Assembly (NCBI GenBank): GCA_049671165.1
Contig: JBATUN010000034.1
Span: forward strand, 36,831 to 100,830
Source: Dehalococcoidia bacterium
Lineage (GTDB): Bacteria > Chloroflexota > Dehalococcoidia > GIF9 > AB-539-J10
Length of the DNA stretch: 64,000 nt
Direction: 5' to 3'
The first letter of the stretch is position 1. Each line of letters opens with the position of its first letter. Position numbers and translations under genes: made by a program. Below are positions 58,178-64,000 of this stretch, piece after piece. The notes under the pieces are model-generated. The model was not told where the DNA came from and made no database searches. It was given only the letters and a program-made list of their open reading frames with translations.

Positions 58178-58235
58178 ATTCCGGGAAATAATACCTAGTT
58201 TATAGCAGGCCTAGTTGACATGATGTGCCTAGAAT
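58178..58235 (+). repeat. structured array repeat, diverged copy R6
   Basis: ATTCCGGGAAATAATACCTAGTTTATAGCAGGCCTAGTTGACATGATGTGCCTAGAAT. Confidence 0.65.
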
Positions 58236-58531
58236 TGCGCGGCAAGTATCTTGCGCTTGCTCTGACAATGTCCGTATCAAGATAGCAGCCCCAGGCATCA
58301 GGCGAGGAAGGATATGACAATACAATCTGGGATTACGCAAGTTGCTAAAAAGCGGGAAGGGTTCATTAGGTGGCTCTCTCTCGTATGTGCAGTACGACCT
58401 CTACTATCTGACAGCAGAATCGTTTCGTGCCGCGATACTACCATTACAAGCTTCCAAGTAGAGGGTAGATAATGGACATTATCTCTGGGTATGTTGAGCG
58501 CAAATGTCAGGTAAAGTTAAGATAAGTCATG

Positions 58532-58560
58532 TTGACAAAGCCAGTGGAAAGAAATATAAT
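58532..58560 (+). promoter_or_regulatory. perfect-consensus sigma70-type promoter TTGACA-N17-TATAAT
   Basis: The -35 is at 58532-58537, the spacer is exactly 17 nt, and the -10 is at 58555-58560. Confidence 0.65.
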
Positions 58561-58566
58561 TCGTGG

Positions 58567-58739
58567 TTTCTGCTGCAAGGGATTTTCGGGATTTCTGCGA
58601 CTAATATAAGCAAGGAGCAGCACAAAAACGACATAGTATCAAAAAATCAGGGGGCATTGACCTGCCATCTGTAATTGGTCACCTGGATGGCAGCGAGCTA
58701 ATGGTGAAACCGGCCTAAACGGTCGGTTTTTTTGTTTTT
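58567..58739 (+). ncRNA. candidate ~170-nt small RNA or terminated leader of unknown class
   Basis: It is bounded by the consensus promoter and an intrinsic terminator. Internal hairpin CTGCCATC...GATGGCAG. The ends are complementary (GGTTTC near the 5' end, GAAACC near the 3' end). There is no convincing ORF. Confidence 0.35.
58708..58739 (+). terminator. Rho-independent terminator
   Basis: An 8-bp stem AACCGGCC/GGTCGGTT (one G-T pair) with loop TAAAC, followed by TTTTTTTGTTTTT. Confidence 0.7.
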
Positions 58740-58946
58740 GAAAGGCGCTGAGGGCGCTGCGCACGTGAGAATGAAGGGGAGGTCGCTTGATAAGTGAGGT
58801 GGCATTGAACTGTCACCCGTACATGAGCAGCTGGATGACTGGGAGCCAGTAAGGGAAGTGACTGCAGAGAGGTCGGTTCTGTTTGTGAGAGATTCAAGTC
58901 AAAAACAAGAGGTTATGGATCACCAAGTAACCGAAGCGGGAATGCT

Positions 58947-60731
58947 ATGTGTGGCATAGTGGGTTATATTGGTAACAAGCCGGCTCAGACAGTATTAGTC
59001 AGAGCTCTTAAGAAACTGGAGTATCGTGGATATGACTCGGCCGGAATAGCGGTACTCGACAAAGGTATTAGTATCCATAAGGATACCGGCAGGGTAGAAA
59101 TATTAGAGCGATCTGCGCCTACTTTCTCGGGGGTTATTGGAATTGGGCATACTCGCTGGGCTACCCATGGTGAGCCCTCGAAGGTCAATGCCCATCCCCA
59201 GGTAGATTGCACCGGGAAATTGGCCGTGGTGCACAACGGAGTCATCAACAATTGCCAGCAGTTAAAGGAAGAACTCATTCGTGAAGGGCACGAATTTCTC
59301 TCGGAGACTGACACCGAAGTCATTCCCCATCTGATAGAGAAGTATTATGAAGGGGATCTGGAAATGGCGGTAACGGAAGCTTTGAGCCGGCTCAAAGGCT
59401 CATATGCCATCGCGGTCATTGCCGAAACTGAAAACAGAATGATTGTAGCCAAAAACGGCAGTCCTTTAGTGATCGGATTGGGGACAAATGAAAACATTAT
59501 TGCTTCGGATATCCCTCCTTTGCTGGAACATACCAACCGTGTAATTCACTTAGATGACGGCGAGATCGGAATCATCACCAAAGACACTGTGAGAATTAGT
59601 AAATCCGGGGCAGAAACTACTAAGTCAGTATTAGCAGTTGATTGGAGTATAGATGACATTCAGAAGGGCGGCTATGATCACTTTATGCTAAAAGAAATCC
59701 ATGAACAACCCAACGTAATTCGCAAAGCCCTTATCGGTTATGATCCGTCTCTAAGGGCGATGGCAGAGGGGGATTCTTGGGGGAATGATGCTGGCAAAGG
59801 GCTCTTAATTTTAGCTTGCGGTACATCCTATCATGCTGCATTAGTGGCAAAATATGTAATCGAAGAACTGCTGGCTTTTCCCGTCCGCGTTGAGCTCGCT
59901 TCTGAGGTAAATCATCGTGAACGTGTCCTTCCGATAAGCAACGCCATCGTGTTAACTCAGTCTGGAGAAACCGCGGATGTGCTGGTGTCAATGAAGAAGT
60001 TGATAGCGGCTAATTGCTCCATATTAGCTATCACCAATGTCAGGGGGAGTTCGGCGAGCCGGTTAGCGAATAGGACACTGTATACCGAGGCCGGACCGGA
60101 GTTAAGTGTAGCGGCCACCAAGACCTTCATTGCCCAGCTGATGGAATTATATAAGTTGACGTTGCAGCAGCCGGTCGTGAATGAAGAACTTAGAAAGCAA
60201 CTGATTACCAATCTCAAGGCAATGCCAGACTGTGCCCAGCGGATCTTGGATGGTGAGAGTCGCATAAGCGGTTGCGCCAGGTATTTGTCGCAATACTCAA
60301 ATGTATTCTATATTGGTAGAGGCGTTAACTATGGGATAGCCCTGGAAGGGGCTCTGAAAACAAAGGAGATCAGTTATATCCATGCTGAAGCGTACGCTGC
60401 CGGTGAATTGAAACATGGGCCGTTTGCACTCTTGCAAAGGGATACCCCGGTGGTGGCGATAGTTAGTCAAGATTCCACCTATGACGCGATGCTAACCAAT
60501 ATCAAGGAGGTGAAGGCCCGAAAATCTCCGGTAATGGCATTAATCAGAGAAGACGATCACGAAACGGAAAAGCTGGTAGACATGGTTATCAGAGTTCCTA
60601 ATACACACAGTATATTGTCTCCAATAGTCAACACTATCACGTTGCAGTTGCTGGCGTATTATGCGGCCAAATACAGAGGTTGTCCGATTGATTTCCCAAG
60701 GAATTTGGCCAAGAGTGTGACCGTGGAGTAA
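58947..60731 (+). CDS. glmS: glutamine--fructose-6-phosphate aminotransferase (isomerizing)
   Basis: 594 aa with the N-terminal MCGIVGY nucleophile, two SIS domains and a C-terminal ...KSVTVE. Confidence 0.95.
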   Translation: MCGIVGYIGNKPAQTVLVRALKKLEYRGYDSAGIAVLDKGISIHKDTGRVEILERSAPTFSGVIGIGHTRWATHGEPSKVNAHPQVDCTGKLAVVHNGVINNCQQLKEELIREGHEFLSETDTEVIPHLIEKYYEGDLEMAVTEALSRLKGSYAIAVIAETENRMIVAKNGSPLVIGLGTNENIIASDIPPLLEHTNRVIHLDDGEIGIITKDTVRISKSGAETTKSVLAVDWSIDDIQKGGYDHFMLKEIHEQPNVIRKALIGYDPSLRAMAEGDSWGNDAGKGLLILACGTSYHAALVAKYVIEELLAFPVRVELASEVNHRERVLPISNAIVLTQSGETADVLVSMKKLIAANCSILAITNVRGSSASRLANRTLYTEAGPELSVAATKTFIAQLMELYKLTLQQPVVNEELRKQLITNLKAMPDCAQRILDGESRISGCARYLSQYSNVFYIGRGVNYGIALEGALKTKEISYIHAEAYAAGELKHGPFALLQRDTPVVAIVSQDSTYDAMLTNIKEVKARKSPVMALIREDDHETEKLVDMVIRVPNTHSILSPIVNTITLQLLAYYAAKYRGCPIDFPRNLAKSVTVE

Positions 60732-60795
60732 TTGGCGGCATGCCATTGATATGAGAATCTTCGTTTCATAATCGCTGTTCGCTATAGGAGTTGAA

Positions 60796-63591
60796 ATGAG
60801 TCACTTTTCGGAAAAGATACAATCGCTAAAAAGAAGAGTATTATCCCTGCGGCTGACCGCATCTGGACACATGCAACCGATGAGAATACTGGTGTCGTTG
60901 TTGCTGGCAGCGGCAGTGACTATCGCGTTGGGTGTTTCCCTGCCGTCGCGCATTGAGGCGTTCAACGATTCTGTGTTCGGCAAAGTGACGATCTTGGACA
61001 AACCTGAACTGGTTGAGGCGCTGAAGACTGCCCAAGATAAGGGTGTCATAATGGCGGTTCACGGGTACCATCACGAGGACTATCGCCTTCTGGATGCGGA
61101 AACAACCAAAAGACTGGTGGGAAAAGGAGTGGCCATTTTCGAAGAAGCCGGTTTGACTCCTGTAGTCTGGTACAATCCTTACGTTGGTTTGAGGCAACTG
61201 CCAGAACCAGTACAGGAGGCGATTGGAAGCGTATTACCAACAAATTTGTCCCGCTTGAACATCGTTGATGAAGTGGGCGATGGAGACGATCTGCTGGAAG
61301 CCGGTGAAGTCTGGGTCTATACGGGCACCTACAACATTACGCAGGCCATGATCGACTCCAATGGCAACGGTGACCCGATTGATGGCCAGATCCATAACAC
61401 GGTCATGGTCGACTCGGATCAAACCGGAGTAGCTACCGCTGATACCGCAGTAGCTATTAACCGGACCAGGGAGGGCCCGTCACTTGAAGTCACCATAGTA
61501 GCTAATCCCATAAACATGATGGTGGTCGCCCCTAACGACCGTATCGACTCAGGGGACATTATCCCCTATACCGTCGAGGTCATCAATACCGGAAGCCAGA
61601 ACCTGACGCATGTGACGGTAAGGGACTCGCTGCGGACCAGACTGGCGCGTTCTAGCTACAGCAGCGATGAAGATAGTAGCCTGGAGGTGGGCGACGACTG
61701 GAGCTACACCGGCACCTATACCATTACCCAGGCCATGATTGACTCCAATGGCAACGGTGACCCCGTTGACGGCAAGATCCACAACACGGTCATCGTCGAC
61801 TCCGATCAGACCGAAGTGGTTACCGCCAGTACCGCAATAGCTATTGTCGAGGGCCCGTTCCTGAATGTCGTCCCGACGGTCGACGATATAGACATGAGGG
61901 TGGTCGCGCCTAATGATCGCATTGACGCAGGGGACACCATCTCCTATGAAATCATGATATACAACACGGGGACCGAGACTTTGACGAATGTGACGGTCGA
62001 CAGCTCGCTGCTGGACACACTGGAACGTGGCACCACAATGAGAGGAAGCTATGGGCCGGAATATACCTTTGGATGGCGCGATATGGAGAGCTTCGATGAT
62101 CCGCGGTACACGGCCGCAAGAACACAGATAATAACGGATCAGCCCGAGTCTATTATGGCTCACTTCTATGACTGGAATTCCTTCTCAAAACAGTTGATCA
62201 CTGACTACCTGGCAGTAACCAGACACACCAATGTCTCGATTAGAGTTGATGATGTTGAATACAACACGCCTGCGTGGAAAGTCCCGGATCTTGCGGAGTT
62301 GCTGGATAATGACAAGGTGGTACGGGTATCATTCGGCGTTATTCCGGAAGGGACCTGGCTGGGAGGAGATCCCCATATCTTTGGTATTAGCGTTACCGAT
62401 ATCTTCAAATCTTACTGGATCTTCTTCCTGGCACTCGCCTTCTTCCCTCTTTCATTCCTGTTGTTCTGGAGGATACTGACAAGGAAAGGTAAGAACCGGG
62501 GCTCCAAGGGCAGTTCCTTCGTCAACGAGCCGGAAGGTGGCAAGAAACCAAGTGTTTCAGTCGTTGTCCCAGCCTATAACGAGGAGGCCCACATAGCCTC
62601 CTGCTTAGAAGCGATTCAGAAGCAGGACTATAAGGGTGATATGGAAGTCATCGTGGTTGATGACGGCTCAACTGACCGAACGGCTGAGATAGCCTCGAAA
62701 TATCCGATAAATCTGGTGAGCCTTAAGACCAATGTGGGCAAAGCTAATGCCCTAAACGTCGGGATAGAACGTTCAAAAGGAGACATTCTCGTCTTCTCTG
62801 ATTCAGATTCGGAATTAGCGAGCGACGCAGTGAGCCTGCTTGTCAACTCCTTGGAAGAGCACGGTGATGCAGGAGCAGTTGCCGGCAACATCTATATCAA
62901 CGACATAGGAAGAAACAATAGCTTTCTAAAGCGGTTTCAAATGATAGAGTATTACACCGACCAAGAAATCAGCCGTCACCTCCAGAGTTTAAGTGGTAAG
63001 GTCCTTGTATGCCCCGGCCCCCTCTTCGCCGTTAGACGGGAGATAGCTGAGAAAACGATGTTCAACGATCGATCAGTTATAGAGGATGCTGACTTCACCA
63101 TCGGCATCCTTAAACACAATAAGAAGGTACTGCGTGAGCCTCAAGCCAAAGCCTACACAGATGCCCCTCTATCACTGAAAAGTTGGTTTAATCAACGAAA
63201 ACGGTGGTGGTATGGGAATCTTCAATTGTGGCGAATACACAACGGCTGGGCACGGAAGAACCCATGGATGATTTTCACTTATTTGGGCTTTGTCACGGGT
63301 TTGATTTCCTTAATCCTCTTACTGCTTCTGCCCTATTTGTTCTCGACGTATGATAATATCGGGCTTATTCTACTTCGCGGAATGGCCTGGGCCGCCACTC
63401 CAATACTACTGTTTACCTTACTGATTGTGGCCTTTTTCGTGAAGAACCGGAGGTTACTGTTGACACTCATTCCCTATGCCCTGGTTTACGGCACAATCAA
63501 AGCGGTAACATTGAGCTATATTTACGTTCGGTATATCTTCAGACGTGGCATGAAGGTGACATTCGGTCCACGTACAGTGTTAGCGAGGTGA
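60796..63591 (+). CDS. multidomain membrane protein: DUF2334/polysaccharide-deacetylase-like domain interrupted by duplicated Ig-like repeats, fused to a processive family-2 glycosyltransferase
   Basis: 931 aa. Order: N-terminal TM anchor; VHGYHHED deacetylase-like motif; two ~125-aa repeats; a TM segment; a GT2 core VVVPAYNEE...VVDDGSTD...DSDS...QRKRWWYG (the Q(R/Q)xRW motif of processive beta-glycan synthases); C-terminal TM helices. Confidence 0.8.
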   Translation: MSHFSEKIQSLKRRVLSLRLTASGHMQPMRILVSLLLAAAVTIALGVSLPSRIEAFNDSVFGKVTILDKPELVEALKTAQDKGVIMAVHGYHHEDYRLLDAETTKRLVGKGVAIFEEAGLTPVVWYNPYVGLRQLPEPVQEAIGSVLPTNLSRLNIVDEVGDGDDLLEAGEVWVYTGTYNITQAMIDSNGNGDPIDGQIHNTVMVDSDQTGVATADTAVAINRTREGPSLEVTIVANPINMMVVAPNDRIDSGDIIPYTVEVINTGSQNLTHVTVRDSLRTRLARSSYSSDEDSSLEVGDDWSYTGTYTITQAMIDSNGNGDPVDGKIHNTVIVDSDQTEVVTASTAIAIVEGPFLNVVPTVDDIDMRVVAPNDRIDAGDTISYEIMIYNTGTETLTNVTVDSSLLDTLERGTTMRGSYGPEYTFGWRDMESFDDPRYTAARTQIITDQPESIMAHFYDWNSFSKQLITDYLAVTRHTNVSIRVDDVEYNTPAWKVPDLAELLDNDKVVRVSFGVIPEGTWLGGDPHIFGISVTDIFKSYWIFFLALAFFPLSFLLFWRILTRKGKNRGSKGSSFVNEPEGGKKPSVSVVVPAYNEEAHIASCLEAIQKQDYKGDMEVIVVDDGSTDRTAEIASKYPINLVSLKTNVGKANALNVGIERSKGDILVFSDSDSELASDAVSLLVNSLEEHGDAGAVAGNIYINDIGRNNSFLKRFQMIEYYTDQEISRHLQSLSGKVLVCPGPLFAVRREIAEKTMFNDRSVIEDADFTIGILKHNKKVLREPQAKAYTDAPLSLKSWFNQRKRWWYGNLQLWRIHNGWARKNPWMIFTYLGFVTGLISLILLLLLPYLFSTYDNIGLILLRGMAWAATPILLFTLLIVAFFVKNRRLLLTLIPYALVYGTIKAVTLSYIYVRYIFRRGMKVTFGPRTVLAR
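61275..62030 (+). repeat. internal tandem duplication (2 x ~380 nt) within the 931-aa gene
   Basis: Unit 1 reads ..GEVWVYTGTYNITQAMIDSNGNGDPIDGQIHNTVMVDSDQT..VVAPNDRIDSGDIIPYTVEVINTGSQNLTHVTV. Unit 2 reads ..GDDWSYTGTYTITQAMIDSNGNGDPVDGKIHNTVIVDSDQT..VVAPNDRIDAGDTISYEIMIYNTGTETLTNVTV. Confidence 0.85.
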
Positions 63592-63593
63592 AA

Positions 63594-64000
63594 TTGAACA
63601 AGAAGATCATCGCTGTAGTACTTGTTGTTGTGATCATTGCAGTTGTGTTAGTAGTGACACAATTGCCAGGAGACAATCCATCATCGGATTATGTCGTGGG
63701 GATCTGGAACAATGCTGAGTTCTCAAAGCCAGCTGAAGAGTGGTCGGATGCAGCCATAAGTCTCGGGGGTGAGGATGGTGTGATTGATCTGGTTGTTGCG
63801 CAAGCACACTCAAACGGACTTGTCTATTTGCCGTTCCCCTTCCAAAACACCGGTTTCTTATACAGTACTACTACCACGGATCTTGTCGAAGTGTACCTCA
63901 GTGAGTTTGAGGCGGCCGGATTAGGAGTGATACTATCTGTCCAACCCTTGGAGGCAGATATCAAACAGCTCATCGGAATCATCCTGTCACGGTACGGTAA
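63594..64000 (+). CDS. hypothetical membrane-anchored protein, 5' partial (continues past the window end)
   Basis: TTG start at 63594, 10 nt after GAGG, immediately after the GT2 gene stop. An N-terminal TM helix KKIIAVVLVVVIIAVVLVV is followed by a soluble domain. Function unknown. Confidence 0.5.
   Translation, partial: MNKKIIAVVLVVVIIAVVLVVTQLPGDNPSSDYVVGIWNNAEFSKPAEEWSDAAISLGGEDGVIDLVVAQAHSNGLVYLPFPFQNTGFLYSTTTTDLVEVYLSEFEAAGLGVILSVQPLEADIKQLIGIILSRYG

Noticed and set aside
52878-58235. CRISPR array, or a canonical integron attC array, as the explanation for the six repeats
   Set aside because: A CRISPR array is rejected because the repeats are 0.5-2.1 kb apart and the intervening sequences are full-length genes. 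Canonical attC sites are rejected because the RYYYAAC/GTTRRRY cores are absent and no intI-like gene is in the window. A dif/Xer-like reading (GGGGACATAA-N8-TTATAG) matches only the ATAA half-sites.
58313-58462. 49-codon ORF (MTIQSGITQVAKKREGF...) with a GAGG-type RBS between R6 and the consensus promoter
   Set aside because: It has no recognisable family and is short. It cannot be supported from sequence alone. It might be a remnant of another array unit.
58690-58740. T-box riboswitch (AATGGTGAAACCGGCC resembles the T-box GGGTGGTACCGCG and overlaps the terminator 5' strand)
   Set aside because: I found no recognisable Stem I, specifier loop or K-turn upstream. The downstream gene (glmS) is not an aminoacyl-tRNA-related target, and the similarity is only ~8-9 of 12 positions.
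58715-58897. 60-aa minus-strand ORF in the glmS leader
   Set aside because: It overlaps the terminator and the structured leader. It has no RBS and no recognisable family.

Overview
About 64 kb of bacterial chromosome at roughly mid-40s % GC by eye. The gene content looks Chloroflexota/Dehalococcoidia-like: class V FBP aldolase/phosphatase, RtcB plus archease, a 169-aa EF-Ts, a ThrRS without a TGS domain, and the MEP pathway. This placement is an inference and cannot be verified here. Most of the window is core housekeeping. It holds the riboflavin operon (ribD-ribE-ribBA-ribH), thrS-infC-rpmI-rplT-pheS-pheT, and a minus-strand block rpsB-tsf-frr-cdsA-dxr-rseP-ispG-proS. It also holds tRNA-Thr-tuf-rpmG-secE-nusG-rplK-rplA, a redox and oxidative-stress cluster, miaB-yajC, nadB-nadC, a Fur-regulated metal-uptake operon, dtd and glmS. 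I found four tRNAs (Val-GAC, Thr-TGT, Tyr-GTA, Thr-GGT) and no rRNA or CRISPR. The most unusual region is 52.9-58.2 kb, between the core genes dtd and glmS. Six same-orientation copies of a ~59-nt hairpin-forming repeat bracket five unrelated gene units of mixed orientation and sharply different base composition. This is a cassette-array-like architecture with a non-canonical repeat and no recombinase in view. Other notable items follow. Two families of short interspersed repeats are present, one inserted in frame inside nadC and miaB. A frameshifted rolling-circle Rep-like gene sits next to tRNA-Thr. A near-perfect consensus promoter and an intrinsic terminator bound a ~170-nt unassigned RNA upstream of glmS. 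A 931-aa protein fuses a deacetylase-like domain, duplicated Ig-like repeats and a processive GT2 synthase. All calls come from reading the sequence and the ORF translations, with no database search.
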